64,000 nucleotides of DNA, taken from the NCBI GenBank assembly GCA_963796105.1, contig CAWCKJ010000002.1:384001-448000 (forward strand), in the 5' to 3' direction. The notes beneath the pieces were generated by a model. That model saw nothing but the letters and a program-made list of their open reading frames with translations. It was not told the origin of the DNA and made no database searches. Both the position numbers and the translations under genes were made by a program. Source of the stretch: a candidate division FCPU426 bacterium. GTDB taxonomy: Bacteria > Oederibacteriota > Muellerivitia > Muellerivitales > Muellerivitaceae. How positions within the stretch are numbered: position 1 is the stretch's first letter; each line of letters opens with the position of its first letter. This document shows positions 40,690 to 53,222 of this stretch, piece by piece.

Positions 40690-43600
40690 ATGTTTCCTAA
40701 AACGCATAAAAAAATATTTTTATCGGTACTTTTCAGTTTTTGTTTCTTATCGACCTTTTTTATTTTTTTCCCTGAAGGGGTTTTGGCCCAAACGGCAACG
40801 CCCACACCAACTTCCGTTTGTCCGTCAGCCGTTCCCATTAATTTGGGGGATTCAGTCCTCGGAAGTACCGTGGGTTCGCCAGAAAGTTTTAATACTTCTT
40901 GCCAAGGGCCGGACAGTCCCGATAATTTGTACGTTTTTACACTGCCTTACCCTGCAAACGTGGACATCAATACTTGCTCCGCGAATACCGATTTCGACAC
41001 GGTTTTGACACTCTTGAGCAGCTGCGATCCTCCGGTTGAGGTCACTTGTAACGACGACAGCTGCGATTTGCAATCCGATATCTCGATCACGTTGCCGGCC
41101 GGCACTTACTACATCGTCGTGGGCGGATTTCAGGGGGACTCCGGCCAGTACCAGCTGAGCCTGACCGGGGCCCTTATCAACACACCGACGCCTTCCCTGA
41201 CGCCGACATACTCCCTGACGCCCACCCTTATCGGGACACCCACAGCGACTGGCACGCCCACTTGGACCCCAACCAGTACTCCGTCCTTCACTATCACGCC
41301 TATTCCAACCCATACCCCCCAGTTTTCCCCCACTGCCGGACCCGGGACAAACCTGGATAACCTGATCACGGATGGAACGGTTTCCGCCATGGCGGTCACG
41401 GGCAACACGCTATATTTGGGCGGAACTTTCAACTTTATAGGGCCATCCACGGGCGGAGGAGCCTGTTTGAGCCCTTCCACGGGTCTTCCAAATCTTTCCT
41501 TTCCCCGGGTGGCTGGTACCCTAACCACGGCCATACCCGACGGAACGGGAGGCTGGTTCATCGGCGGGCAGTTTACCTGTTTGAGCGGACAGCCCCGTTT
41601 GAACTTGGCCCATGTCCGTTCCGATATGAGCGTGGACCCCATTTGGTCGCCCCAGGTGACCGTCCAGGTTAATAGCATGGCACTTTCCGGGGGGGTTCTT
41701 TTCGTCGGGGGTTCCGCGGGGACTGTCGATGGACAGCCGGCCAATTACGCTTTCGCCGTCAATTCGGCCACGGGAATCCTTCTTCCGTGGAATCCTGGAT
41801 TGAACGGCCCCGTGAGCGCCATCGCGGCCTCGGGAACGACGGTATTCCTGGGCGGGTCCTTCACGACCGTCGATGGACAACCCGTGTCTTACTTTGCCGG
41901 GGTTGATTCCGCCGGCGGTTCTAACATTATTTTGAGCCCCAATTGTAATGGTTTCGTCGACAGCTTATTGTCCTCCGGCAGCACCCTCTTTTTAGCGGGC
42001 GGTTTTACCACGGTGGGAGGGCAGTATCGAAGCGAGATCGCGGCTTATAACCAGAATACCGGCTCCTTGCTCTCGTTCGGCCCGACGATTACCAATGGCC
42101 CCATCAGAAGCATGGCCTCGTCCGGAACCACCCTTTACTTGGGAAGTGCGGGCAGTTTCAGCGTCAACGGCACATGGTGTTACTACCTGGGGGCGTTGAA
42201 CCCATCCGGCACTCTCTTAAGCTGGACCCCTTCCCTCAGCGGCTCCGTCTCGCAGATAGCCTTATCCGGTTCCACCCTTTACGTCGGAGGTTATTTCCTG
42301 CTTGCGGGAGGGCAAACCCGCGATTACATCGCAGCCTTTGACGGGGGGACGGGAAACGTGACTTCCTGGAACCCGGGCGGGTATGGCGGGACCGGATGTG
42401 TCGCAACCGACGGCACTTGGGTGATCGTTGGAGGAAGTTGGCAAAGCGTTGGGATGCAAAGCCGCACCAACCTGGCTTCCATCGATATTCCCTCGGGCAA
42501 TTTACTGCCCTTTAATCCCGCCACCAACGGGAAAGTGGAAAGTCTTTTCCCGTACGGTTCAAATATCGTGATCGGCGGTAATTTCATCACCGTGAACGGT
42601 ACCAGCCAGAATTACCTGGCCATGGTGGATGGGACCGCGGGAACGCTCCAGTCCTGGAATCCCAACCCCAATGGAGAAGTTCATACGCTTCTAGAACAGG
42701 GAACCACTCTTTATGTGGGCGGCTCCTTTACCACCATTGGCGGCGCGCCCCACAACAACGCGGGAGCGGTCCTGCTTTCGAATGGGGCCGGATTGGCCTG
42801 GGACCCCAACGCCCATTTGGACGTTTACGCTCTGGCGTCGTCGGGTACGACTATTTTTATCGGGGGAAGGTTCACCAGTCTCGGGGATTGGGCCGTCTCC
42901 AATTTGTCCGCGGTGGATTCCACGACCGGTTCAAACTTGGGCTGGCCCGTAACCGTGAACAACGATGTTAGGTCCATTGTCGTGGACCCCACCGGCCTCT
43001 ACGTGGGGGGGGATTTCACCAGCATAAACGGGACGGCGCGCAATGAAGCGGCGGCATTGAATCCCGCTACGGGACAATTGCTGGCCTTTAATCCCAATGT
43101 CAACGGCACGGTCTACGATATCCTGCTTTCCAACCCCATGGTGTATATGGGCGGGTCTTTTAATATGGCCGGGGGTCAAAACCATCAGAACCTCGCGGCG
43201 GCCTATAATGCCGATGGATCGATTCTGCCCTGGAGTCCCAATGCCAACTCCAGCGTCTTTAGTCTGGCCCAGGCCGGATCGACGATTTTCGTTGGTGGTT
43301 CTTTCAGCCAACTCAACTGCTGGCCTTACAATGATTTAGGCTCGGTTTACGGTATGACTCCCGTTGCCACCCCAACATCCCTGAACACCTTCACGCCCAC
43401 ATCCACCCCCTCCCTTACCACCACACCCTTCGGGACCACCACTTTTACGCCGACTCCAACAAACACTTCCACGCCTAGTTTTACATCGACCCCCAAACCA
43501 TCCTGGACGCCCATCCCCCCTGGAACTTCCCAAGTGATCACGTTCCCCATTACGGATGGTACGGTTTATTCACTGGCTTCCTCGGGATCAACCCTCTACC

Positions 43601-46600
43601 TGGGAGGCAACTTTTCCCACGTAGGACCCCAGGTGGGTCCGGCCGCGCCGCTGGATGGCACTACGGGCGCGCTCATAACGCCATTCGTCCAATTGGCGAA
43701 CTTATCCGTGCGCGCCATCGTTCCGGATGGCTCGGGGGGATGGTACCTGGGCGGGGATTTCCAATGCGCCCAAGGGGTTACCTGGAACCATTTAGCCCAC
43801 GTGTTCTCCAATGGGACCCTTGACCAAAATTTTGGGCCGGTGGTAAACGGGCCTATCGATGCCATGGCGTTGAGCGGCGGGGTTCTTTATTTAGGTGGTT
43901 CCTTCACGTCGGTGGATGGAAATAGCCGCACAAACCTGGCATCGGTGGCATTGGATGGAACCGACTTGCCTTGGGCGCCAACGGCCAATGGCGCCGTCAG
44001 CTGTCTCTTAGCCGCGGATGGGCAGGTTTTCGCGGGCGGGTCCTTCACCTCTATTAATGGTTCTCCCTGCTCTTGGGTGGCTTCCCTGGATCCCAATACG
44101 GGCCTGCTTAATAATTGGTCCCCGAATCCCGGCGGGAGCGGCGGGTATGTAAGTTGTATGGCATCTTCAGGGACTACCCTTTACTTGGGCGGTTACTTTG
44201 CAAGCATGGGGCCTAAGGTCCGGAATTATTTAGCTTCGGTGGATATGAATACCGCCGAGGTTTTACCCTGGAATCCCCTGCCCAATAATCCGGTTTATGC
44301 CATGACGGTGAACGGCACCAACCTTTATTTCGGGGGTAGTTTCAGCCTGGTTGGAAGCACAACCCGGAATGGCGCGGCGGCGGTGGACTCCACCACCGGC
44401 GTTCTTCAATCCTGGAACCCCAACACCTCTTGGGTCTTTGCCATGGCATCCGCGGGAAACACCGTGTACTTGGGCGGTAATTTCACGACCGTCAACGGCC
44501 AGGCCCGGAACTACCTGGCCGCGGTGGACACTTCCAACAATCTCTTATCCTGGAATCCCAGCGCCCAAAATGAAGTGTTCGCGCTAGCCCGGCAGGGAAC
44601 CACGGTTTACGCGGGGGGCTCGTTCAATTCCATCGGCATGAGTCCCCGCAGTGACGCGGCCGCTTTTAACACGGCCACTGGAACCCTGCTTTCCTGGGGT
44701 CCTACCGTTATTGGTTCGGGTGTCTATGCTTTGTATACCTCCGGTTCAACCGTTTATATGGGAGGATCCATCTATACCATCAACGGCACGAACTGTAACA
44801 ACCTTGGGGCGGTTGACGGCACCACTGGGAACTTGCTTTCTTGGGCGCCATCAGCACCTGGTAACGTGTATAGCCTGGCCGGAGAGGGCACGACGATTTA
44901 CGTGGGTGGAAGCTTTACCCAATTGGCCGGACAAACCCGCAATTACGCCGGCGCCCTGGACAACAACGCCAATCTCCTGCCGTGGAACCCCAATGCCAAT
45001 TCGACGGTTGAGAGCATGATTGCGTCCGGAACGACTATATTTATGGGAGGTAATTTCACGAGCTTTGGGGATTGGGTAAGGCCCTATGTGGGGGCGGTGG
45101 ATTCAATCACCGGCTCCACACTCGCGTGGAATGTCACTCTCAACGGCCCCGTCAGCACAATGGCAATGGATGGGCCTGCGCTTTACCTTGGAGGGGCCTT
45201 CACCACCGCCAATGGGATGGCCCGGCAGGGTGTCGCCCAGGTTGATCCGGCCAGTGGGACCTTGTCATCTTGGAACGCGAATTTAATTGGCTCGGTGGCA
45301 AGCATCCTGCCCTCCGATCCGGAAATATATCTGGGCGGTAATTTCTCCTCGGTGGGCGGGCAAACCCGCGGCAACCTCGCGGCGGTTTATAACGCCGATG
45401 GATCGGTGCTTTCCTGGAATCCCATGGCCAGCAACAAAGTGAATGCTCTCGCCCAGACCGGGACTACGATATATGTGGGGGGAACTTTCGGAACCATCAG
45501 CTGCTGGCCTTCCTCGAACCTTGGTTTAATTACCGGGATGACACCCGTTGCAACGGCCACGCCCAGTAATACGACGACCCCCACTCCGACTTCAAGCCTC
45601 ACTTCCACCCCTTTTGGCACTTCGACATTCACCACAACCCCCACATTTACTGCTACCCCCACGACCAGTTCCACTCCCAAGCCGACTTGGACCCCTACGG
45701 TCAATGGCGTTCCTGCTTTAGCCCCGGTTCCGATCACCAATGGAACCCTGGGTGCATTCGCCCAATACAACGGTATTGTCTATTTCGGGGGAAACTTTTC
45801 GCTCGTGGGACCGCGACTGGGTCCGGCGGCACTCATTGATGGAAACACCGGGTTGGTCCAGACCTCGATCCCTCAATTCGCCAATGGGAATGTTCAAGCC
45901 ATCATCCCGGATGGTTCTGGAGGATGGTTCCTGGCGGGTAATTTCCAGTGCGTTCAAGGCTTGGCCTGGAACAGGCTGGCGCACGTTTTCGCCAACGGTA
46001 ACCTGGATTCAACCTGGGGCCCAGCGGTGAACGGGACCGTATCCGCATTGGCTTTGAGCGGCGGGGTTCTTTATTTAGGCGGTTCCTTCACGTCGGTGGA
46101 TGGAAATAGCCGTACAAACCTGGCATCGGTGGCATTGGATGGAACCGACTTGCCTTGGGCGCCAACGGCCAATGGCGCCGTCAGCTGTTTATTGGTCCAA
46201 GGCGGGCAAGTGTACCTGGGAGGAGCTTTCACCACGGTGAATGGAAGCACCCGAAACCATGTGGCTTCAGTGGACGCCACTGCCGGACAGTTGAGCACAT
46301 GGGATCCAAACACGAACCAGCCGGTCAACGCTTTGTCCTCCGCTGGAACCACGGTTTTCCTGGGCGGCTCCTTCACGGCGGTCGGGTCCAAAGTGCGCAA
46401 TTACCTGGCCGGAGTGGACGCTACCACCGCGGCTGATTCAGGCTGGGTTCCCTCCCCGAACAATACTGTTTATTCAATGATGGAAGCGGGAACTACACTT
46501 TATGTCGGCGGCTCGTTCAATATGGTCGGCGGGAATAGCCGGGGTGAGGGAGCCGCATTTAGCACAGTTGACGGTTCGCTTCAGGCTTGGAATCCGCAAA

Positions 46601-49600
46601 TTATATACGGGAATATTACTACCATGTCTTCATCCGGTACGACCGTCTATTTGGGGGGCGGTTTTACGATGGTCAACGGTCAAACTCGAAATTATTTATC
46701 GGCGGTTGATTCCACTTCAGGAAGCCTGCTGAATTGGAATCCAAATGCCCAAAGTTCGGTCAACACGTTGGCTCAGCAGGGGGGCATTGTTTACGCGGGC
46801 GGAACATTCATGTCAGTGGGTATGGTCAGCCGCACTAACTTGGCGGCATTCGACCCAACAACGGGCAATATCTTATCTTGGACGCCGACTGCTTCCGGTG
46901 GAACGGGAGTCAATTCCATTGTTCCCATCGGATCAAACCTTTACATCGGCGGTTATTTTACAACTGTAAATGGCCAAACCAGGAATAACCTCGCGGCAGT
47001 GGATACCTCCGGCAATCTTTTGGCGTGGAATCCAAATGCCAATGGGGGTTATGTCATCTCCATGTGCGCTAATGGTACGACGCTTTATTTAGGCGGTAAT
47101 TTTGGGACCATATCGAGTGCCACGAGGAGCACTCTCGCGGCAGTGGATACCTCCGGTAATCTTTTGCCTTGGAATCCAAACGGGAATTTCCTTGTCGGCG
47201 CATTGGTATATGCCGGCGGGTATGTTTACGCGGGTGGAGAATTTACCGGAATTGGTGGACAGCCTGTCAGCAACTTGGCCAGGTTGGATCCTGTGACAGG
47301 AAACCCCATCGGCTCTATAAACGCGAACAGTTTCGTGAATACCCTCGCCTCTGACGGCCAAAGACTCTATGCGGGAGGACAATTCACCCAAATTAATGGG
47401 GTTTCCAGCCCGGGGATGGGAATGGTAGATCTCGGGTCTGGAACCGTCATTCCCTGGCCATCCGCCATTGCGGGCGGCCAGGTGAAAACACTTGGAGTGT
47501 CGGGTAACGTGGTTTACGCGGGTGGGTATTTCACCACTGCGGGATCACAGCCGCGAAACCGATTGGCGGCCTTTTACTATATTGATGGAACCCTTCTGTC
47601 TTGGAATCCTTCCGTCGATAATATCGTTCAAACCCTCATGCCTTATAACGGGGAAGTTTACATAGGCGGGCAGTTCCAAACCGCGGATTGCTGGCCCTCC
47701 GATTCGCTTTATGCTTGCGCAGCGGTGACAATGCCTTCCGTAACGCCAACATTTACCGCTACAAATACTTCCACTAATACTCCCACCAGCACCTCGACGA
47801 ATACAATTACCTTAACGCCTACTGCCACAAGCACTCCAACTGAAACCTTTACGAGAAAACCCACGGACACTCCTACCGACACCCCTACTTTGACCCCTAC
47901 GCCAACTATTACCAATACCGTTACCGAGACATTTACGAATACGCTCACGAATACAATGACCAACTCGCCCACGATAACGGATACGCCAACGATAACGCCC
48001 ACTTATACGCCGACGAATACCCTAACGGATACCTTGACTGAAACACCGACTGATACACCTACCCCCACCTCAACTCCAACGATTACCGACACACCAACCG
48101 TTACGGATACCCCAACTGTGACACCGACTTATACACCGACTGACACCTCGACAAGCACTTTGACGCCGACCCTGACATGGACAGCTACCGACACTTCGAC
48201 ATCGACACCGACCATTACGGACACTCCAACGATAACGGATACGCCCACGGTAACGCCGACCTATACTTCAACGAATACCCTAACGGATACTTTGACTGAA
48301 ACACCGACTGATACGCCTACCCCCACCTCAACTCCAACGATTACCGACACACCAACCGTTACGGATACCCCAACTGTGACACCGACTTATACGGCGACTG
48401 TTACTCCGACAAACACTTTGACGCCGACCCTGACTTGGACGGTTACCGACACTTCGACATCGACACCGACCATTACGGCCACTCCGACGATAACGGATAC
48501 GCCCACGGTAACGCCGACCTATACTTCAACGAATACCCTAACGGATACTTTGACTGAAACACCGACTGATACGCCTACCCCCACCTCAACTCCAACGATT
48601 ACCGACACACCAACCGTTACGGATACCCCAACTGTGACACCGACTGTTACTCCGACAAACACTTTGACGCCGACCCTGACTTGGACAGTCACTGATACAT
48701 CGACTTCTACACCAACGGTAACTGATACGCCGACGTTTACTGATACGCCAACGGTAACGCCGACCTATACTTCAACGAATACCCTAACGGATACCTTGAC
48801 TGAAACACCAACTGATACGCCTACCCCCACTTCAACTCCAACGATTACCGACACACCAACTGTTACGGATACCCCAACTGTGACGCCGACTTATACGGCG
48901 ACTGTTACTCCGACAAACACTTTGACGCCGACCCTGACTTGGACAGCTACCGACACTTCGACATCGACACCGACCATTACGGACACTCCGAAGATTACGG
49001 ATACACCTACGATTACGCAGACTTATTCGCCCACAAATACCCTCACGAACACATGGACCGAAACGCCGACCGATACACCTACTTCCACCTCAACTTCGAC
49101 CATTACCGACACGCCAACTATTACGGATACCCCGACAGTAACCCTGACTTTTACTTCAACCGACACTCAAACGGTGACATCCACTCCAACCTTGACGTTG
49201 ACACCCACTTCGACGCTCACCGAAACTTCAACAAACACTATTACAGATACACCGACAATTACTTTCACCGATACTCCGACCAACACGCCCACTAATACGT
49301 CCACGAGTACCCTGACATCAACAAGCACGGACACGCCTACTTCCACCTCAACCTTGACCATTACCGACACGCCAACGATTACGGATACTCCAACGGTAAC
49401 GCCAACTTATACCCAAACGAACACTCCAACGATCACACTCACCCCGACCTTGACTTGGACAGTCACTGATACATCGACTTCTACACCAACGGTAACTGAT
49501 ACGCCGACGTTTACTGATACGCCAACGGTAACGTCCACCTATACGTCAACCAATACGCTTACGAGCACCCTTACCGAGACGGCGACGGACACGACTACTT

Positions 49601-50844
49601 CCACCTTAACTCCGACCATTACCGACACGCCAACTATTACGGATACCCCGACAGTAACCCTGACTTTTACTTCAACCGACACTCAAACGGTGACATCCAC
49701 TCCAACCTTGACGTTGACACCCACTTCGACGCTCACCGAAACTTCAACAAACACTATTACAGACACACCGACAATAACTTTCACCGATACTCCGACCAAC
49801 ACACCCACTAATACGTCCACGAGTACCCTGACCTCAACAAGCACGGACACGCCTACTTCCACCTCAACTTCGACCATTACCGACACGCCAACGATTACGG
49901 ATACCCCGACAGTAACCCTGACTTCTACTTCAACCGACACTCAAACAGTGACATCTACTCCAACCTTGACGTTGACACCCACTTCGACGCTCACCGAAAC
50001 TTCAACAAACACTATTACATACACACCTACAATTACTTTCACCGATACTCCGACCAGCACACCCACTAATACGTCCACGAGTACCCTAACCTCAACACCC
50101 ACCGATACCGTCACGCCAACTGTAACCTTGACGATAACCGACACATCAACGATTACGTATACTCCCACTCTGACGCCGACATTTACTTCGACCGACACCC
50201 CGACGGCGACATCTACTCCATCATCGACCTTAACATCAACTGATTCCCCGACTGAAACGGCCACGAATACCATTACCAATACGCCGACAGATACAGCAAC
50301 ACCTACACCAACTGGTACCCCGACGGACACACTGTCGGCAACGCCCAGCCCCACTTCCACTAATACACCAACTTCCACCCTAACCGGCACCCCCACGAAT
50401 ACCACTACCCTGACGCCAACATCCACGCTTACCAACACGAACACTATCACTCCAACGTTCACGGCCACGGACACCGCAACTGAAACATCCACCGAAACAC
50501 CGTCGGAGACTCCCACGGAAACTCCAACGATTTCAATGACCATCACGCCTACCGTCGGCATATCCCTGGCTTTGGGCGCGAACCGCTTCAACGACCAGTC
50601 CGACCCGCCATTGAGGATCGATTACTGGGTGAAAAACGGGGGAAGCGTCCAGGTGCAGGTCTATAACGTCGCAGACCTACTCATCAGGCATCTTTCCAGC
50701 CAAAACCAGACCATCGGGGCCTATTCGATTTATTGGGACGGGAAGGACGATACAGGGGCACAGGCGGATTCCGGCCTTTATTTGATCGCCGTCATTGAAC
50801 CCAACCGGGTGGAAGTCAAGAAAGTGCTGGTGCTGAAACAATGA
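40690..50844 (+). CDS. Giant secreted surface protein: PPC-like domain, three beta-propeller-like repeat blocks, about 930-aa Thr/Pro stalk, FlgD-Ig/T9SS-like CTD
   Basis: Signal peptide VLA|Q; many LY(L/V)GGxFT...R..LAAVD...WNP repeats; C-terminal WDGKDD...SGLY...KKVLVLK. Confidence 0.88.
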   Translation: MFPKTHKKIFLSVLFSFCFLSTFFIFFPEGVLAQTATPTPTSVCPSAVPINLGDSVLGSTVGSPESFNTSCQGPDSPDNLYVFTLPYPANVDINTCSANTDFDTVLTLLSSCDPPVEVTCNDDSCDLQSDISITLPAGTYYIVVGGFQGDSGQYQLSLTGALINTPTPSLTPTYSLTPTLIGTPTATGTPTWTPTSTPSFTITPIPTHTPQFSPTAGPGTNLDNLITDGTVSAMAVTGNTLYLGGTFNFIGPSTGGGACLSPSTGLPNLSFPRVAGTLTTAIPDGTGGWFIGGQFTCLSGQPRLNLAHVRSDMSVDPIWSPQVTVQVNSMALSGGVLFVGGSAGTVDGQPANYAFAVNSATGILLPWNPGLNGPVSAIAASGTTVFLGGSFTTVDGQPVSYFAGVDSAGGSNIILSPNCNGFVDSLLSSGSTLFLAGGFTTVGGQYRSEIAAYNQNTGSLLSFGPTITNGPIRSMASSGTTLYLGSAGSFSVNGTWCYYLGALNPSGTLLSWTPSLSGSVSQIALSGSTLYVGGYFLLAGGQTRDYIAAFDGGTGNVTSWNPGGYGGTGCVATDGTWVIVGGSWQSVGMQSRTNLASIDIPSGNLLPFNPATNGKVESLFPYGSNIVIGGNFITVNGTSQNYLAMVDGTAGTLQSWNPNPNGEVHTLLEQGTTLYVGGSFTTIGGAPHNNAGAVLLSNGAGLAWDPNAHLDVYALASSGTTIFIGGRFTSLGDWAVSNLSAVDSTTGSNLGWPVTVNNDVRSIVVDPTGLYVGGDFTSINGTARNEAAALNPATGQLLAFNPNVNGTVYDILLSNPMVYMGGSFNMAGGQNHQNLAAAYNADGSILPWSPNANSSVFSLAQAGSTIFVGGSFSQLNCWPYNDLGSVYGMTPVATPTSLNTFTPTSTPSLTTTPFGTTTFTPTPTNTSTPSFTSTPKPSWTPIPPGTSQVITFPITDGTVYSLASSGSTLYLGGNFSHVGPQVGPAAPLDGTTGALITPFVQLANLSVRAIVPDGSGGWYLGGDFQCAQGVTWNHLAHVFSNGTLDQNFGPVVNGPIDAMALSGGVLYLGGSFTSVDGNSRTNLASVALDGTDLPWAPTANGAVSCLLAADGQVFAGGSFTSINGSPCSWVASLDPNTGLLNNWSPNPGGSGGYVSCMASSGTTLYLGGYFASMGPKVRNYLASVDMNTAEVLPWNPLPNNPVYAMTVNGTNLYFGGSFSLVGSTTRNGAAAVDSTTGVLQSWNPNTSWVFAMASAGNTVYLGGNFTTVNGQARNYLAAVDTSNNLLSWNPSAQNEVFALARQGTTVYAGGSFNSIGMSPRSDAAAFNTATGTLLSWGPTVIGSGVYALYTSGSTVYMGGSIYTINGTNCNNLGAVDGTTGNLLSWAPSAPGNVYSLAGEGTTIYVGGSFTQLAGQTRNYAGALDNNANLLPWNPNANSTVESMIASGTTIFMGGNFTSFGDWVRPYVGAVDSITGSTLAWNVTLNGPVSTMAMDGPALYLGGAFTTANGMARQGVAQVDPASGTLSSWNANLIGSVASILPSDPEIYLGGNFSSVGGQTRGNLAAVYNADGSVLSWNPMASNKVNALAQTGTTIYVGGTFGTISCWPSSNLGLITGMTPVATATPSNTTTPTPTSSLTSTPFGTSTFTTTPTFTATPTTSSTPKPTWTPTVNGVPALAPVPITNGTLGAFAQYNGIVYFGGNFSLVGPRLGPAALIDGNTGLVQTSIPQFANGNVQAIIPDGSGGWFLAGNFQCVQGLAWNRLAHVFANGNLDSTWGPAVNGTVSALALSGGVLYLGGSFTSVDGNSRTNLASVALDGTDLPWAPTANGAVSCLLVQGGQVYLGGAFTTVNGSTRNHVASVDATAGQLSTWDPNTNQPVNALSSAGTTVFLGGSFTAVGSKVRNYLAGVDATTAADSGWVPSPNNTVYSMMEAGTTLYVGGSFNMVGGNSRGEGAAFSTVDGSLQAWNPQIIYGNITTMSSSGTTVYLGGGFTMVNGQTRNYLSAVDSTSGSLLNWNPNAQSSVNTLAQQGGIVYAGGTFMSVGMVSRTNLAAFDPTTGNILSWTPTASGGTGVNSIVPIGSNLYIGGYFTTVNGQTRNNLAAVDTSGNLLAWNPNANGGYVISMCANGTTLYLGGNFGTISSATRSTLAAVDTSGNLLPWNPNGNFLVGALVYAGGYVYAGGEFTGIGGQPVSNLARLDPVTGNPIGSINANSFVNTLASDGQRLYAGGQFTQINGVSSPGMGMVDLGSGTVIPWPSAIAGGQVKTLGVSGNVVYAGGYFTTAGSQPRNRLAAFYYIDGTLLSWNPSVDNIVQTLMPYNGEVYIGGQFQTADCWPSDSLYACAAVTMPSVTPTFTATNTSTNTPTSTSTNTITLTPTATSTPTETFTRKPTDTPTDTPTLTPTPTITNTVTETFTNTLTNTMTNSPTITDTPTITPTYTPTNTLTDTLTETPTDTPTPTSTPTITDTPTVTDTPTVTPTYTPTDTSTSTLTPTLTWTATDTSTSTPTITDTPTITDTPTVTPTYTSTNTLTDTLTETPTDTPTPTSTPTITDTPTVTDTPTVTPTYTATVTPTNTLTPTLTWTVTDTSTSTPTITATPTITDTPTVTPTYTSTNTLTDTLTETPTDTPTPTSTPTITDTPTVTDTPTVTPTVTPTNTLTPTLTWTVTDTSTSTPTVTDTPTFTDTPTVTPTYTSTNTLTDTLTETPTDTPTPTSTPTITDTPTVTDTPTVTPTYTATVTPTNTLTPTLTWTATDTSTSTPTITDTPKITDTPTITQTYSPTNTLTNTWTETPTDTPTSTSTSTITDTPTITDTPTVTLTFTSTDTQTVTSTPTLTLTPTSTLTETSTNTITDTPTITFTDTPTNTPTNTSTSTLTSTSTDTPTSTSTLTITDTPTITDTPTVTPTYTQTNTPTITLTPTLTWTVTDTSTSTPTVTDTPTFTDTPTVTSTYTSTNTLTSTLTETATDTTTSTLTPTITDTPTITDTPTVTLTFTSTDTQTVTSTPTLTLTPTSTLTETSTNTITDTPTITFTDTPTNTPTNTSTSTLTSTSTDTPTSTSTSTITDTPTITDTPTVTLTSTSTDTQTVTSTPTLTLTPTSTLTETSTNTITYTPTITFTDTPTSTPTNTSTSTLTSTPTDTVTPTVTLTITDTSTITYTPTLTPTFTSTDTPTATSTPSSTLTSTDSPTETATNTITNTPTDTATPTPTGTPTDTLSATPSPTSTNTPTSTLTGTPTNTTTLTPTSTLTNTNTITPTFTATDTATETSTETPSETPTETPTISMTITPTVGISLALGANRFNDQSDPPLRIDYWVKNGGSVQVQVYNVADLLIRHLSSQNQTIGAYSIYWDGKDDTGAQADSGLYLIAVIEPNRVEVKKVLVLKQ
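47950..50100 (+). repeat. Intragenic 258-bp (86-codon) higher-order tandem repeats in the Thr/Pro stalk
   Basis: ACGAATACCCTAACGGATAC at 48013, 48271, 48529, 48775; ACCCTGACTT(T/C)TACTTCAACCGACACTCAA at 49141, 49657, 49915. Confidence 0.85.
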
Positions 50845-52799
50845 GCAATAAACACTTATCACCCCAGAGACTCAGAGACACAGAGAGATTCATTTTTGAC
50901 AAAACCTGCGCTTTTAAGATTTTGGCTGGTTTGCTTTTATGCCTTCCAACCATGCCTGCGAATGCAAGCCCATTAACAACAGGCGCGGATTTCCTGCTGA
51001 TGACCACCGGCGCGAGGCCGGACGGCATGGGCCAGGCTTTCAGCGCCGTGGCGGACGACATCAACACCCTTTCCTTCAACCCGGCCGGGTTGGGAAATAT
51101 CCGGATGCCCGAGATAGGGTACGGCTACGAGAGTTTCAACGCGGGCATCAATTACAACTTCGTCGGGGCGTCCATCCCCATGGGAACCACCGGGGTTTTG
51201 GGCCTGGGTTACATCAGCATGGGGACAGCCCCGTTCAACAGTACCGCCAACCCATCCACGCCGAGCGTTTCAGCCCAGGACCAGGCCCTCGTGGGGGGAT
51301 GGGGAAGATCCTTCTACGACCTGCACGTGGGAGCGGCCGTGAAGTACATCCTCCGCCAACTGGACAACGTCCAGGGCAACGGGCTGGGTTTTGACCTGGG
51401 CCTTCGGTACCGGATCATGCCGAGCCTGACTTTAGCCGCGAGCGCCATGAACCTGGGGGCTGGAATCAAGCTCGCCAGCCTGGAGCCCCTGCCGACGCAG
51501 TTGAACACGGGCGCGGCCTGGACCGCCCTGGAGATGCCCCTCCACAGCCTTACCTTCATGGCCAATGGCGTTTTAAACGTCAACACCAACACCCAGGCGC
51601 TGGGTGTCGGGACCGAGTATTGGTACCGGGACTTGTTCGCCTTGAGGGCGGGTTACCTGTCCAATTCCCGAGATGACGGTTTCAACTCGAGCGGATTTTC
51701 AGCCGGCGCGGGAATCAGGATTTCCTTCCTCCAGCTGGATTACGCCTTCCAGCCCTACAATACCCTCGGGATGGTCCACCGCGTCTCGGGCATCTTGCGG
51801 TGGGACGGGCCATGGGTTGCGGGCGGGGAACCCAACGCCCCAAAATACGTGAACGCGGTTGAGACGGCCGGGGACATCGAGGTCCGCTGGGATAAATCCC
51901 AAGGCCCGGTCCAGTCCTATGAGGTCCTGGTCCAGCCCCTGGATGGGAGCGATTTGTTCGTCTCGGAGCCCGTGGTTAAACCCTTTTATGTTTACAAGAA
52001 TGACAAACCCGATACCCTTTACCGCATCTCGGTCCGCGCGGTCAATAACGGAATCCGCAGTTTTCCCTCCAATGAGACTTATCTCGAGAGCCGTACAGTC
52101 CAAATTGCCGGGCAAAATACCGGTTTAGGCGCTCAAAATGCCCCGGCGCTTGCACCCGTTCCCCGCGAACAACAAGGACTTGAGACCATCCGCGTAGTTC
52201 CTCCGCAAGGAATCGGAGGGAACGGTAATATCGACCTGAACGCGGATGTTGTCGGTTTGAGGGTTTCCTGGAAAATCCCGCCTTTCGCCACCTCGGGCTA
52301 TAACCTTTACAAGAAATCCCCCTCGAACCATGTGGAAAAGGTCACCCTGGAGCCGAAGAAAAGCAACGTCGTTTGGGTGACGGACACTTCCGGCCTTCAG
52401 GGCTGGGAATGGATCGTGACCGCGGTCACACCTGACGGGAAATCCGAAAAAGCCCTGGGCCATTTCCTCTGGTATCCCTCGCCCCGGGAAGCGGAAATCT
52501 TAACGGCTCCTCCGGTGGTGAAATTGAACGCCAGCCCCCAGGCAAGGAGGAAGGTCTTTTTGGACTGGGATCGGAACCCGTCGGAGGCGGGCTATGCGCT
52601 ATTCGTCAGCCGGGAACCGGATAATGTGTACGAGCTTTTTGAGGTGTCCAAGAACAGTAACCCGAATGTGTTGCTTCAACTCTCCAATAATCACAGTCCC
52701 TATTTTTTTATGGTCGTTCCCAGAAACGCTGATGGGACTTGGTTGAATCGCTCCAATGAAGCCAAGGTGGAGCCCTTCTCGGATGTTCCGAAACAATAA
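50841..52799 (+). CDS. PorV/PorQ (UPF0164)-family outer-membrane beta-barrel with C-terminal FN3-like domains
   Basis: GADFL...[17 protein letters not shown]...FNPAGL N-terminus; [21 protein letters not shown]3-like VRW...Y.V...[13 protein letters not shown]-coupled to the giant gene. Confidence 0.8.
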   Translation: MSNKHLSPQRLRDTERFIFDKTCAFKILAGLLLCLPTMPANASPLTTGADFLLMTTGARPDGMGQAFSAVADDINTLSFNPAGLGNIRMPEIGYGYESFNAGINYNFVGASIPMGTTGVLGLGYISMGTAPFNSTANPSTPSVSAQDQALVGGWGRSFYDLHVGAAVKYILRQLDNVQGNGLGFDLGLRYRIMPSLTLAASAMNLGAGIKLASLEPLPTQLNTGAAWTALEMPLHSLTFMANGVLNVNTNTQALGVGTEYWYRDLFALRAGYLSNSRDDGFNSSGFSAGAGIRISFLQLDYAFQPYNTLGMVHRVSGILRWDGPWVAGGEPNAPKYVNAVETAGDIEVRWDKSQGPVQSYEVLVQPLDGSDLFVSEPVVKPFYVYKNDKPDTLYRISVRAVNNGIRSFPSNETYLESRTVQIAGQNTGLGAQNAPALAPVPREQQGLETIRVVPPQGIGGNGNIDLNADVVGLRVSWKIPPFATSGYNLYKKSPSNHVEKVTLEPKKSNVVWVTDTSGLQGWEWIVTAVTPDGKSEKALGHFLWYPSPREAEILTAPPVVKLNASPQARRKVFLDWDRNPSEAGYALFVSREPDNVYELFEVSKNSNPNVLLQLSNNHSPYFFMVVPRNADGTWLNRSNEAKVEPFSDVPKQ

Positions 52800-52965
52800 G
52801 CGCGGATAATCCCTGTTTGTTCTCTCCTGAATCCGTTTCCTTTGTTGGCAGGAAATACAAGCTAATTCTTTTCGCGAATACTCGGAAGCCCTTATATTCC
52901 AAATATATTGTCAAGAATGTGGTAATGTATAAATCAACAAATGCCAAGTAAGGAGGTCATTCGAT

Positions 52966-53007
52966 ATGGCAGCTAAGAAAAAAGTCGCGAAGAAGAAAAA
53001 GAAGTAA
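52966..53007 (+). CDS. 13-aa Lys-rich micropeptide MAAKKKVAKKKKK (not in ORF track)
   Basis: TAAGGAGGT Shine-Dalgarno 8 nt upstream; followed by an intrinsic terminator. Confidence 0.6.
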   Translation: MAAKKKVAKKKKK

Positions 53008-53033
53008 ATAACGTTCGCAATATTCGTTGAATC

Positions 53034-53065
53034 AAGCCTGGACACTTTTGTTCAGGCTTTTTTTT
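53034..53065 (+). terminator. Rho-independent terminator
   Basis: GCCTGGACA/TGTTCAGGC stem followed by T8. Confidence 0.8.
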
Positions 53066-53222
53066 GTCTCGGGCACCAAAGATGCCGTTTAACTTGCGTG
53101 AAAGAATGAAGGTTTCTTACCGGAAATCCAAATGATTCCTGTCCGCTTGCAAGGCCGGCCTATTCTAAGTTATGCTTCGATGGGTATAGAGATAAGGCCT
53201 AAATCGGAGAACAAAAAAACCG

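Noticed and set aside
47709..50591. Minus-strand Val/Gly-rich ORFs (also at 7825, 13754, 54949) and Pro-rich antisense ORFs in 31000-36400
   Set aside because: Antisense shadows of Thr/Pro- and Gly-rich coding repeats
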